Positions 26,982 through 36,917 of a stretch of 51,399 nucleotides of DNA are shown in pieces. Positions within the stretch are counted from its first letter, which is position 1, and each line of letters opens with the position of its first letter. Under the pieces are notes generated by a model that did not search any database, was not told the origin of the DNA, and worked only from the letters and a program-made list of their open reading frames with translations. Location of the stretch: sequence record SRR31156797_2235, one strand, 5' to 3'. The position numbers were made by a program, and so were the translations under genes.

Positions 26982-27924
26982 TAAAAAATGAAGTTAATGC
27001 GTTTTTTGCTTGTGAATATTCTTTGATTAATCTCTTAAAAATTTCACTTATAGGCTCAACAGCATTAATAAGCGCTGATGATTGTCCAATTTCTAATTCA
27101 CCTTCCACCAAATCACCCTCTAACATTCCTTTTTTTGCCCTTCCTTTTCCTAGCAAATTAGCAAACTCTTGAGCATCTGCTCCGCTAATCTCTAATTTTT
27201 GCACCTGTTCATAAAACTCATTTCTAATCATTCTTACAGGTGCTAATTTTTTGAGCGTCAACACCGTTTCACCCTCTTTTATTTTGGCAATTTTAGATTT
27301 AAATGCCATATCAGCTGATGACTCCTGACTAGCTGCAAATAAACTTCCAATTTGTACACCTTCTGCGCCCAAACTTTGAGCTGCAAGAATTGCCTTACCT
27401 GTTGCTATGCCACCTGCAGCAATTAACGGAATATCAACACTTTGTTTTACCAATTCTATTAATGTTAAAGTAGTAGTTTCTTCTCGTCCATTATGACCTC
27501 CCGCTTCAAAACCCTCTGCCACTATTGCATCAACACCGGCTGCTTCACTTTTCTGTGCAAATAAAGCACTGGAAACCACGTGCACTACTATAGCCCCATT
27601 ATCGTGAAGCATTTGTGTATATTTCTTAGGACTTCCTGCTGATGTGAAAACAATCTCTATTTTTTCATCTAATACAACCTGAATTAAATCATCCGCATAA
27701 GGAGAAATAAGAGGTATGTTTACACCAAAAGATTTATGCGTAGCATTTCTTACTTTTTGAATTTGCTCTCTTAATAAATCGGGCTTCATAGAACCTGCTC
27801 CCAATAAACCAAGTCCTCCGGAATTACTTACAGCTGACACCAGGCGCCAACCACTGCACCAAACCATACCTCCCTGTACTATTGGATATTTTATTTTAAA
27901 TAGTTCACAAACTCTGTTTCTCAT
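26974..27924 (-). CDS. Nitronate monooxygenase / FabK-like FMN enzyme
   Basis: PIVQGGM, EGFEAGGH, IAAGGI, GAEGVQIG. Confidence 0.88.
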   Translation of the reverse strand: MRNRVCELFKIKYPIVQGGMVWCSGWRLVSAVSNSGGLGLLGAGSMKPDLLREQIQKVRNATHKSFGVNIPLISPYADDLIQVVLDEKIEIVFTSAGSPKKYTQMLHDNGAIVVHVVSSALFAQKSEAAGVDAIVAEGFEAGGHNGREETTTLTLIELVKQSVDIPLIAAGGIATGKAILAAQSLGAEGVQIGSLFAASQESSADMAFKSKIAKIKEGETVLTLKKLAPVRMIRNEFYEQVQKLEISGADAQEFANLLGKGRAKKGMLEGDLVEGELEIGQSSALINAVEPISEIFKRLIKEYSQAKNALTSFFND

Positions 27925-27977
27925 AATTATTCATTTAATGAATTAATTTAAAAATATCTTTTTTAGTAACCAGACTT

Positions 27978-28056
27978 CAAACTTATTTAATTTAAATAAC
28001 GAACAGCTATTTATTTCTAAAAATAATTGCAAAGATTTCTTTACACATTATATTTG
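27978..28056. promoter_or_regulatory. Divergent promoter pair
   Basis: TAAGTTTG on minus (27978-27985) and TATATTTG on plus (28049-28056). Confidence 0.55.
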
Positions 28057-28121
28057 CATGTTCTGAACAAAAATGAAAGTTATTCTTTAGTAATAAAAAT
28101 CAACGTTTAAAATATAATCAA

Positions 28122-30743
28122 ATGAAGCACATATTTGTAATTCTTGTCTTAGTTATTTCAATGTTTTTCGGATGCTCTACTGATGAAAAAAAGGTTTTTC
28201 CTCCGTTTACCCTTGACAATGTAAGTAAAGACAGCATGGTTTTGAAAGTAACTTATGATGAATTTTTAACTGAGTTCAATGAGCGAAAGCGATATCAGAA
28301 AATCATATCCAAAGGTGAATTTTCCAAACACAATGAGGAGAGTTTGTATTCAAAAACTTTTTTATCATTAGTGCTCAATAAAAAACTAAAACACGAATAT
28401 GATTATTTAGGAATTCAAGTAACGGATAAAGAAATAGAAGATTTCACATATGGCAAAAATATAGATGAACAAATTAGTTCAATGCCTGTATTTAGAAATC
28501 CTCGTACAAAGCAATTTGATAAAACACTTATTAAGCCCTTTATTGAAAAATTATCGAAAGACAAATCTTCAGAACCATATTTTATCTGGAATCAACATGT
28601 CAATAGTATTAAGGAAGGTCTTTTGCGTAAAAAATACGAATCACTTCTACAATTTTCACAAATCACTACAAAAACTGCCAATGAATGGCACAACAAATTA
28701 TCTGTAGGAGAATCATCCCTTAAAGTTTTTAGTGTTCCTTATAACATGTACTATGACTCAATCAACCCAACAGATGATGATTTTTTAGATTTAATTAAAG
28801 ACAAAAGTTACGATTACCAAATAAGTGATAAGCGATATATAAGAGTTGCTAATATTCCGGCTAAAATTCATAAACATTTCCATGAAAAAGAATATAACGC
28901 ATTAAGTCGATACTTAGAAACAGTAAAAGACTTCGATGAAATCGCTAAGCAAAATGATATAATTAAAACATTCTCATCATATTATACAGAAAATACTTTG
29001 CCTGAAGATCTACAAAGTTTTTTCACAAAAGGTAAAGCCGGTGATACTTATGGACCTTACTTTGTGAATAATAGTTTTAGAATATTGAAGATAAATGCCA
29101 TTGACAATATGCCAACTGAAGCCAATGCTCAACATCTTGTTATAAAAAATGTCTCCAAAGAAAAAATTGAAAGCATTAAAAAAGACATTGAGGTTAAAGT
29201 TGACAACGGAGAGTCATTTCTTGAATTATCTAAGTCCTATGCTGCAAAATATGGACCGGATGGTAAATGGGGTGATTTGGGTTGGTTTACTTATGGTGAA
29301 ATGGTTGACGACTTTAGCGATAGCGTTTTTATGAATAAACCTGGCAAAATTGTATTAGCTCAAAGCCAATATGGTTGGCACATTATCTCAATAGTTGATC
29401 ATAAAAATATAAGTAAAAAATATAATTTTTCTGCACTTTACTGGCCACTTCAGCCAGTTGAAGAAGATTTCAAATCGACTATACAAGAAGCAAAAGAATT
29501 TATTGGAAGCCTTGAAAGTCACAAAGATTTTGAATCAAAAGCATCAGAAAGAGGTTATCCAATGGAAGAATATCAAGCTTTTGCATATAACCAGGCATTT
29601 GTTGATTTTGAAAATAGCGCTGAAGTATATAATTGGGCCTACAATGCATTTGAAAACGAGATTAAAACATTTAGAATCAATGATAAAATTTATGCAATTA
29701 AACTCTATAAAATTGCACCTCCTGGATTAATGCCAGTATTTGATGCCAGAGAATTTGTTAGAAATGGAGTTCAAAACAGATTGGTTAAAGAATATTTGAA
29801 AGAAAATCTCGATGCTGATAAAATCAACAATATGTCAATAGAAGATGCAGCGAAACATTTCAAAGCTCCGATATATATAATTAAAGGAGTCAAATTTACA
29901 GACGTAACTGCTCCAAGGGTTGGCACAGATCCATATATTGTAGGTTTGATGACGGCAATTGAGCCTGGAGAAAAATCAAAAATTGCATATGGAGGTCAAC
30001 GAATCTACATGTTTGAAAAGTTAAGTGAAAACAATAAACAACTTACCACTATAGTTGGTAAAAATAAATTAAAAGAGTGGAAAACTAACATTATCAATGG
30101 CCGTTACCAATATGCATTCAAACGAAATGACAGGCTTTCAATAAATTTACCAAGGAAGCAGGACTCATATTTCCTTGTTTCAAAATATGAGAAAAACCTA
30201 CCTAACAATTTAGACATAGCAAATCAAATGTATGATGCAGAACGTGCATTCAGAAACAAAGATTACGAAAATGCATTAAATGGTACGCAACAATACAAAG
30301 GGTTTGCATCACTTATTGACAATGCAAAAGGCTCAAAACAACATCGTTTATTACTCATTTATGCAGGTTTAAGTGCTTTACAAATTGGTGAATATGAAAA
30401 GGTAATAGAATATATGTCAGAGCTTGAAACAGAAGATAGGTTCTTTTCTATCGTCAAATATGGAGCAATGGGAGATGCCTATTCAGAATTAGGAGATGAC
30501 GATAAAGCACTTGATTTGTATTTAAAAGCTGATAAAGCGAATAACAACTTTGTAATAGCACCCGAATACTTAATGAAAGCTGTTGCTATTTATGATAAAA
30601 AAGGAGAATACAAAAAAGCTTTGGAAACTTATAGATTATTTGAAACCAAACATGGTCCAACAAGACATAATTTTGATACTGGGAAATATATTGCCCATTA
30701 TGAATTTATGTCGAACAAATCTCAAATTGTCGTAAGTAAATAG
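28122..30743 (+). CDS. Lipoprotein with PpiD/SurA-like chaperone and parvulin PPIase domains fused to a YfgM-like TPR domain
   Basis: Lipobox MFFGC; LGIQVTDKEI...FRNPRTKQFD; rotamase AQHLVI...GDLGWF...QYGWHII; C-terminal AERAF..KDYENALNG...GF...YAGLS...GAMGDAY. Confidence 0.8.
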   Translation: MKHIFVILVLVISMFFGCSTDEKKVFPPFTLDNVSKDSMVLKVTYDEFLTEFNERKRYQKIISKGEFSKHNEESLYSKTFLSLVLNKKLKHEYDYLGIQVTDKEIEDFTYGKNIDEQISSMPVFRNPRTKQFDKTLIKPFIEKLSKDKSSEPYFIWNQHVNSIKEGLLRKKYESLLQFSQITTKTANEWHNKLSVGESSLKVFSVPYNMYYDSINPTDDDFLDLIKDKSYDYQISDKRYIRVANIPAKIHKHFHEKEYNALSRYLETVKDFDEIAKQNDIIKTFSSYYTENTLPEDLQSFFTKGKAGDTYGPYFVNNSFRILKINAIDNMPTEANAQHLVIKNVSKEKIESIKKDIEVKVDNGESFLELSKSYAAKYGPDGKWGDLGWFTYGEMVDDFSDSVFMNKPGKIVLAQSQYGWHIISIVDHKNISKKYNFSALYWPLQPVEEDFKSTIQEAKEFIGSLESHKDFESKASERGYPMEEYQAFAYNQAFVDFENSAEVYNWAYNAFENEIKTFRINDKIYAIKLYKIAPPGLMPVFDAREFVRNGVQNRLVKEYLKENLDADKINNMSIEDAAKHFKAPIYIIKGVKFTDVTAPRVGTDPYIVGLMTAIEPGEKSKIAYGGQRIYMFEKLSENNKQLTTIVGKNKLKEWKTNIINGRYQYAFKRNDRLSINLPRKQDSYFLVSKYEKNLPNNLDIANQMYDAERAFRNKDYENALNGTQQYKGFASLIDNAKGSKQHRLLLIYAGLSALQIGEYEKVIEYMSELETEDRFFSIVKYGAMGDAYSELGDDDKALDLYLKADKANNNFVIAPEYLMKAVAIYDKKGEYKKALETYRLFETKHGPTRHNFDTGKYIAHYEFMSNKSQIVVSK

Positions 30744-30747
30744 AAAC

Positions 30748-30785
30748 ACGCAGACCTTAATTCAAATTTGACTTAAGGTCTGTGT
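30748..30785. repeat. 38-bp near-perfect inverted repeat (terminator or operator)
   Basis: ACGCAGACCTTAA-T-TCAAATTTGA-C-TTAAGGTCTGTGT. Confidence 0.8.
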
Positions 30786-30807
30786 ATTATTAAATTACTA
30801 TTTATTA

Positions 30808-30839
30808 TTTGCATCTTAGTTTTTAGTGTGTTATATTTG
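30808..30839 (+). promoter_or_regulatory. Full-consensus Bacteroidota primary-sigma promoter
   Basis: TTTG (30808-30811), 20-nt spacer, TATATTTG (30832-30839). Confidence 0.75.
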
Positions 30840-30876
30840 TTAACAATATATCAAACAACTAAAAACCTTAATTATT

Positions 30877-31428
30877 ATGATTTGCAAATTACCGCTAAAA
30901 AATGCTGAAGATCAAGCATTGGTTGACGATGTAGTCTATGAACATCTTGTTAACCATCCTTATCTTACAAAGATTAAATTTCTAGAAAACCTGCGTCGTC
31001 ACAGTAGAGGTTATGCTTTTTTCCAAAAAAATTGGAAGCAGTCTGATGGCTCTTATAAAAATGAAACTATTTATTTACAGAAAGTTGTAGCTGAAAAGTT
31101 CATTAAAAAGCCTGATGAAGAAAGAAGATACTGGGTAAGGTTTATTAATGGAAATCCATTGGATTGTAGAATTAAAAATCTAGAATGGTCAACACTTTCA
31201 AATGTTGTGCGAAATACAAGCAAAACTGATAATCAATTCGGTTACAGAGGTGTTGTAAAGAACTCTAACAAGTATCAGGCTATCATTTATGTAAACAGGA
31301 AAGCTATTAATCTGGGTTCATTTGAAACACCTGAGGAAGCAGCTCTTGCATACAATAAAAAATCAATAGAACTATTTGGAGTCACTAAGAGTTTAAATAA
31401 AATTAAAACCAAGAAAAAAGATAAATAA
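30877..31428 (+). CDS. HNH-like plus AP2 DNA-binding domain protein
   Basis: ALVDD, VRFINGNPLDCRIKNLEW, GYRGV...YQAII...INLGSFETPEEAALAYNK. Confidence 0.85.
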   Translation: MICKLPLKNAEDQALVDDVVYEHLVNHPYLTKIKFLENLRRHSRGYAFFQKNWKQSDGSYKNETIYLQKVVAEKFIKKPDEERRYWVRFINGNPLDCRIKNLEWSTLSNVVRNTSKTDNQFGYRGVVKNSNKYQAIIYVNRKAINLGSFETPEEAALAYNKKSIELFGVTKSLNKIKTKKKDK

Positions 31429-31721
31429 TGAAAGCGAAGTTATTATCATTACTTTTTTTAATAGGATTAATTATAATATCATGTAATAATCCTAAGCATC
31501 AAATTGAAGATGATGCAATGATGTTAATCAAAATGGAAAAAAAGATAGTTGAACTAACCATTCAACTTAATGAAAAAAATGATCCCAAAATGGCCAAAGA
31601 AAGAGATTCCATTGCTGATAAACTGCAAGAGATGAGTATTGAGTTACAAAAAAAGTATCGTGATGCTGATTTAACAAAAGAATTTCAACAAACTTATGAT
31701 GAATTAAAAAGGAAAAAGTAA
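31428..31721 (+). CDS. Small helical lipoprotein, hypothetical
   Basis: Lipobox IIISC; TAATG stop/start overlap with the upstream gene. Confidence 0.7.
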   Translation: MKAKLLSLLFLIGLIIISCNNPKHQIEDDAMMLIKMEKKIVELTIQLNEKNDPKMAKERDSIADKLQEMSIELQKKYRDADLTKEFQQTYDELKRKK

Positions 31722-31743
31722 TTATAGTAATGAATAAAGTCCT

Positions 31744-31772
31744 AAACCTGCGTATTCCGCAGGTTTTTTTTT
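31744..31772 (+). terminator. Rho-independent terminator
   Basis: AAACCTGCG-TATTC-CGCAGG followed by 9 T. Confidence 0.9.
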
Positions 31773-31816
31773 GTTTGTATGGATCAAATTAGCATAGATT
31801 TATTTCAAATAAATGT

Positions 31817-31824
31817 TAACTTTG
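31817..31824 (+). promoter_or_regulatory. Bacteroidota -7 promoter element
   Basis: TAACTTTG about 50 nt upstream of the likely ATG at 31876. Confidence 0.6.
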
Positions 31825-31875
31825 TAAGAAGAGGTATAAAACGCTGACCTGTATATGTTTCAAAAGGTACTGTTT

Positions 31876-34542
31876 ATGAAAAAAATATTGATAACTCTCC
31901 TTATTGTATGTTCACAATTATTTCTGATTGGACAAAAAGTATCAAAAGAATATAAACAACTTTTCATAGAAGGCTATACAAATATGCAGTATGGCTCATT
32001 TAGTCAAGCTCTTAAATTCTTTGAAGAAATAGAGAGTAAAGATATGATTACTGCAAATGTGCAGTTTAATATGGGGATGTGTTATTTGAACTTATTGGGT
32101 GACAAATCAAGAGCTATACCATATTTGGAAGCAGCTGCAGAAAAAACATCATTTGAATATAGGGAGGGATCTTACAAAGAACAAAACGCTCCCCCTGAAG
32201 CTATTTTTTATCTGGCAAAAGCTTACCGAATTGACATGCAATTGGATAAAGCAGTTGAGTATTTCGAAAAATATAAAGAAACATTGGATCCAAGTGATCT
32301 GTTTTACCTTGAATTCGTTGATTTGCAAATACAAGCCTGTGAAAAAGCAAAAGAACTATCAAAAAACCCCATTCCACTTAAAATTGAAAATCTTGGATCT
32401 GTAATTAACAATGGCGATGACAATTTTAATCCAGCCATTACACCTGACGGTCAAACAATGATTTATACAACGTTGCAAAGAATATTTGATCGCAATACAG
32501 GTCAAGAAACATTCTATGAAATCATTAACTATACAACAAAAGAAAATGGGCAATGGACAACACCTCAGGATATAACATCTAAAATAAATTCTGATGGATA
32601 TTTAGCAACAGTAGGAATATCTAGTGATGGGACAAAGATGTATTTCTTTAGAGACGATTATGGTGATGGAAATTTATATATGGCTGAAAAAAAAGGATAT
32701 AGATTTACCGAAGTTGAAAAATTAAGTAAAGACATCAACACAAAAGAATGGGAGTCTCATATTTCTTTTACCACTGATGGAAATACTGCCTATTTTGCCA
32801 GCACCATGAAAGGTGGTAGAGGAGGAAGAGATATTTACTTCACTGAAAAAGACCGAAAAGGAAAATGGAAAGACCCTGTAAACCTGGGAAGAACTATCAA
32901 TACGCCGTATGACGAAGATTGTCCTGTGATATCAGAAGATGGCAAAACGCTTTATTTTTGCTCTGAAGCGCATGAAGGAATGGGTGGGTATGATATTTTT
33001 TATTCAACCAGAAATTCGCTGGGAGAATGGACAAAACCTCTCAATATTGGATATCCCATCAACACAACCGATGATGACATATTTATAATGCCATATGAAA
33101 ACGGTAAATATGCGCTTTTCTCATTTAGTAAACCAGATGATACTTTTGGACGAAAAGATATCTATCGTTTACAATTAAAATTTGACGAAGATGAAAAGCC
33201 TGATCCAAAGGCAACTACTGACATTGTAGCCATAAAAAATGAAACTGTAAATAAAACATCTGAAGGCGAATCAGAAACTGCTGATGCAACAACTGAAACT
33301 GAAACATATACAGAAACAGAAGAACCTAAAAGATATGATAATTTTGATCTTAGAGGCTTAATCATACTAGCTGATAATAAGGGAGTTAATTCCTCTTTTA
33401 ATGTGAGCGTTAAAAATACAGAGACAAATTCAGTATTAGGAAATACACAAGCTACAACAGATGGAACTTTCACAATTAATATTCCAGCTGGTGAATATCT
33501 AGTAACATTTACTGGACCGGGATATGAACCTCTACAAAGGTCAATTTCCATCCCACCTGATTATGGTTTACCAAAAGTAACCCTTGATGTAGAAATGACC
33601 CCAAGAGCGGTAGTACGTGGTGAATATGTTTTAATGAGAGGTGTCCTATTCGATAAAAATAGCAGTGCACTTAACAGAAATGCGAATATTGAATTAGAAA
33701 AACTCTATGAAGTAATGGAGCAAAATCCTCATCTTTATGTTGAAGTCACAGGCTATTCCAGTGCAGAAGAGAAAGCTGCGATGAGTACAAATCTAGCTGC
33801 TGAAAGATCAAATAGTGTAATAAACTTTTTGGCTAATAAAGGAATTGATAGAAGCAGATTTATAGCAAAATCTACAGGTCGCACTCTTGTAACAGCTGAA
33901 AACAAGCATCCTGAAGCACAGAAGTATAAACGTAGAGTTGAAATTAACGCCATTAGAACAGGTGAGACAAAAATTACTTATAAAGAATTTCAGGTACCAG
34001 AGAGCTTAAAGTTTGGAGAAAAACGTGGTCAATTGCAATACACCATACTGCTTATTGATTCCAAAACACCATTAGAGCCTTCTTATTTTGTTGAAGTTGA
34101 AAGAAAAGGAGTAAGTAATGTTTGGTTATTCCCATCGGCAAGAGGCTATTCATATACCATAGGAAAATATGCTTCAAAAGGAGAAGCATCTGAATTACTT
34201 AACATAGCTGTTGATATGGGATTTCCCAATGCAAGTATTATTAATTTCAAAGAGTTAGAGAAACGAAAAAGAATGGGGCAATATGCTTCTAAAATGAGAT
34301 TTAAAAAGGCAAGCGAAGCAACCGGAGAATATACTATTCAGCTTTTAGCACTCAAAGTACCTGTTGAAATCGGTTATTTCAAGAATGTTGAAGGCGTTGA
34401 ACGTGTAAAGGGTAATGACGGAATATATAGATACATATGGGGCAGATTTGATCATAAAACAGCCATTAAGAAAAGAGATCAATTACGAAAAATAGGTCAT
34501 ATAAATGCTTTTGTGATGGATATTGACTTTTATAAACAATAA
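31876..34542 (+). CDS. PorE-like protein with TPR, PD40 propeller, carboxypeptidase-regulatory-like, OmpA-like and C-terminal SPOR-like domains
   Basis: Signal MKKILITLL; TPR; PD40 repeats (NPAITPDG, GGRDIY, GMGGYDIF); VLFDKNSSAL; YTIQLLALK. Confidence 0.82.
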   Translation: MKKILITLLIVCSQLFLIGQKVSKEYKQLFIEGYTNMQYGSFSQALKFFEEIESKDMITANVQFNMGMCYLNLLGDKSRAIPYLEAAAEKTSFEYREGSYKEQNAPPEAIFYLAKAYRIDMQLDKAVEYFEKYKETLDPSDLFYLEFVDLQIQACEKAKELSKNPIPLKIENLGSVINNGDDNFNPAITPDGQTMIYTTLQRIFDRNTGQETFYEIINYTTKENGQWTTPQDITSKINSDGYLATVGISSDGTKMYFFRDDYGDGNLYMAEKKGYRFTEVEKLSKDINTKEWESHISFTTDGNTAYFASTMKGGRGGRDIYFTEKDRKGKWKDPVNLGRTINTPYDEDCPVISEDGKTLYFCSEAHEGMGGYDIFYSTRNSLGEWTKPLNIGYPINTTDDDIFIMPYENGKYALFSFSKPDDTFGRKDIYRLQLKFDEDEKPDPKATTDIVAIKNETVNKTSEGESETADATTETETYTETEEPKRYDNFDLRGLIILADNKGVNSSFNVSVKNTETNSVLGNTQATTDGTFTINIPAGEYLVTFTGPGYEPLQRSISIPPDYGLPKVTLDVEMTPRAVVRGEYVLMRGVLFDKNSSALNRNANIELEKLYEVMEQNPHLYVEVTGYSSAEEKAAMSTNLAAERSNSVINFLANKGIDRSRFIAKSTGRTLVTAENKHPEAQKYKRRVEINAIRTGETKITYKEFQVPESLKFGEKRGQLQYTILLIDSKTPLEPSYFVEVERKGVSNVWLFPSARGYSYTIGKYASKGEASELLNIAVDMGFPNASIINFKELEKRKRMGQYASKMRFKKASEATGEYTIQLLALKVPVEIGYFKNVEGVERVKGNDGIYRYIWGRFDHKTAIKKRDQLRKIGHINAFVMDIDFYKQ

Positions 34543-34543
34543 T

Positions 34544-35083
34544 ATGCTCGAATCACTTCTGCAGAACGAAAATATCTTACTCAGAGCCGTGGAACCTGAA
34601 GATGCTGAGGTTATTTTCAAATGGGAAAATAATACTAAAAACTGGCAGGTATCCAACACAATTGTACCTTTTTCAATGCATACAATCAAAGAATACGCAT
34701 TAAATGCTGCTCAGGATATTTATGAAAATAAGCAATTGCGCTTAATGATCATTTCAAAAAAAGATAATAAACCTGTTGGTGCAATTGACCTTTTCGACTA
34801 TGACCCATTTCATTTAAGAGCCGGGGTCGGAATATTAATAAATGATGAACAAAATCGTGGAAAAGGATTCGCTAAACAATCACTGGCCATTTTAAAAGAC
34901 TATGCATTTAAATATCTGCATTTAAAACAATTATATTGTTCCATTTCTGAGGATAATAAAATCAGCCAGCAACTTTTTGAAGATATGGGATTTGTTAAAT
35001 GTGGCACAAGAAAAGCATGGCAGCGAACGATTGAAGGTTGGATGGATGATCATTTTTATCAATGCATCGACAATAAATCATAA
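34544..35083 (+). CDS. GNAT acetyltransferase (RimJ/SpeG-like)
   Basis: LRAVEPED, GAIDLFDYDP, RGKGFA, LHLKQLYC; ATG at 34544 follows the upstream stop. Confidence 0.88.
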   Translation: MLESLLQNENILLRAVEPEDAEVIFKWENNTKNWQVSNTIVPFSMHTIKEYALNAAQDIYENKQLRLMIISKKDNKPVGAIDLFDYDPFHLRAGVGILINDEQNRGKGFAKQSLAILKDYAFKYLHLKQLYCSISEDNKISQQLFEDMGFVKCGTRKAWQRTIEGWMDDHFYQCIDNKS

Positions 35084-35520
35084 TCAGGAATTTCATTTAA
35101 TTGTGTAATTGCGCCAGTCTCAAAATTAATCTTAAACGCAAAGTGTTGTTTTCCATTTGTAACAAGTAAAAAAGGTACTTTTAGCGTAGTATTGTATTGA
35201 CTGGCTTGCTCCAGAGTCTTTTGAGATATTTTTACATGTGGCGCTTTGCACTCTACAATCATTTTAGGTTTACCCGAATTATTATGAGCAACAATATCAC
35301 ACCTCCGCTGCATTTTATTCACTTTTATGGGCATTTCAATTGCAATCAAAGATGAAGGAAAATTCTGATGATGAACCAGAAAATGAAGGAAAGATTGCCT
35401 CACCCACTCCTCTGGTGTGTAATTTAACCATTGCTGTCTTATAAAATCAAAAATCTGGACCTGATCGCCCAGATTCCTGATTTTTATATCTGATTGAGGT
35501 AAATTTAAAGCTTCAAACAT
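35059..35520 (-). CDS. Stand-alone HsdR N-terminal domain protein
   Basis: TPEEWVRQ, RCDIV, IVECKAP, QASQYN, VTNG. Confidence 0.88.
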   Translation of the reverse strand: MFEALNLPQSDIKIRNLGDQVQIFDFIRQQWLNYTPEEWVRQSFLHFLVHHQNFPSSLIAIEMPIKVNKMQRRCDIVAHNNSGKPKMIVECKAPHVKISQKTLEQASQYNTTLKVPFLLVTNGKQHFAFKINFETGAITQLNEIPDYDLLSMH

Positions 35521-35527
35521 ACCACAC

Positions 35528-36853
35528 TTAACTCAATTTTCTAGTTGCCCTCTTTAATACTAAATAACCAGCCACACCGGCTATAAAGGAACCTATTAAA
35601 ATACCAATTTTTGCATTATTCAATAATCCATCATCGGCGTAAGCTAAGTTACTTATAAATAATGACATTGTAAATCCAACAGCTCCCAACAGGGCTGCAC
35701 CGAATATCATGCTATAATTCACATTTTGAGGCAAGCTTCCGACTTTCAGCTTTACTAAAAGCCATGTAAAACCAAATATACCAAGCAGTTTTCCTATAAT
35801 TAATGAAATCATTATTGATAAAGAAACCCCAGAGAAAATGCTAATTTCAGCACCTGAGAATACTACACCTGCATTGGCAAATGCAAAGACTGGCATTATT
35901 ACAAAAGTTACAAAAGGGTGAAGCAAATGTTCAAGGGATTGAAGCGGACTTTGTACCTTCGAAATTGTACTTTGCATATTATCAATTGAAACAAGTTGTT
36001 TCTTGGTTAATGTCATTCGCTCAGGTTCTGCATACTTACAGAAATTGTTGGTCATTCGCTTAATATTTGATTGAAACTCCTCAAATCGGATCTTTCTGTT
36101 AGCTGGAATTACAAATGCAAGCATAATTCCGGCCAATGTAGGGTGAATACCAGATTTTAAGAATAAAAACCAAATGACATGGCCTATAAGCACATACCAG
36201 GTTATTGATCTGATATTAAACAGATTGCTAACAATCAAAATGGCATACAGCCCCATACTTACTAGTATTAGATTCCACATAATATCCTGACTGTAAAACA
36301 ATGCAATAACGATTACAGCACCAATATCATCAACTATGGCAAAGGCTACAAGAAAAATTTTGAGCGCTAATGGAACTCTTTTACCAACCAATGTTAGAAT
36401 ACCAATTGAAAATGCAATATCAGTAGCCATTGGAATTCCCCAACCGTCCATTGCGGGATTATCAGTTTGTAAGGCAAGAAAAATTATAGCTGGAAAAACC
36501 ATTCCACCAATTGCAGCCCCAACAGGAACTACTGCCTTAGAAATTTCAGAGAGCTCCCCTGATATAATCTCGCGTTTTATTTCTAGTCCAACTACAAAGA
36601 AGAAAAATGCCATTAATCCATCATTTATCCAATGATGTAGTGACTTATCTAGTAATAAATCGCCAGCACCAATGCTTATTGGAAAATGTAAAAAGTCGAA
36701 ATAGGAAGATGAAAAGCCTGAGTTTGCCCAAATTAATGCCAATAAGGTTGCAAATATGAGTATTATTCCACCCGACGATTCAATTCTTAGAAATCTATAG
36801 AAAGGATTAATTATATTATCTTTTACAGCTTCTTTAGTTTTTTCAATAACCAT
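35528..36853 (-). CDS. nhaA: Na+/H+ antiporter NhaA
   Basis: WINDGLMAFFFFVVGLEIKRE, GWGIPMATDIAF, AIVDD, GFTMSLFI. Confidence 0.96.
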   Translation of the reverse strand: MVIEKTKEAVKDNIINPFYRFLRIESSGGIILIFATLLALIWANSGFSSSYFDFLHFPISIGAGDLLLDKSLHHWINDGLMAFFFFVVGLEIKREIISGELSEISKAVVPVGAAIGGMVFPAIIFLALQTDNPAMDGWGIPMATDIAFSIGILTLVGKRVPLALKIFLVAFAIVDDIGAVIVIALFYSQDIMWNLILVSMGLYAILIVSNLFNIRSITWYVLIGHVIWFLFLKSGIHPTLAGIMLAFVIPANRKIRFEEFQSNIKRMTNNFCKYAEPERMTLTKKQLVSIDNMQSTISKVQSPLQSLEHLLHPFVTFVIMPVFAFANAGVVFSGAEISIFSGVSLSIMISLIIGKLLGIFGFTWLLVKLKVGSLPQNVNYSMIFGAALLGAVGFTMSLFISNLAYADDGLLNNAKIGILIGSFIAGVAGYLVLKRATRKLS

Positions 36854-36909
36854 GATTCTTCAATTAATAATTAAAAATAACCCATTGCACAATATATACC
36901 AAAATCACG

Positions 36910-36917
36910 CAAACTTA
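36910..36917 (-). promoter_or_regulatory. Bacteroidota -7 promoter element for nhaA
   Basis: TAAGTTTG on the minus strand, 56 nt upstream of the ATG. Confidence 0.55.

Noticed and set aside
33260-33325. ACTGAA/ACAGAA short repeats
   Set aside because: They encode a Thr/Glu-rich linker and are imperfect, not a contingency locus or array
35059-35520. Type I restriction-modification or defence system
   Set aside because: Only the small stand-alone HsdR_N protein common in Bacteroidota; no hsdM, hsdS or helicase gene nearby
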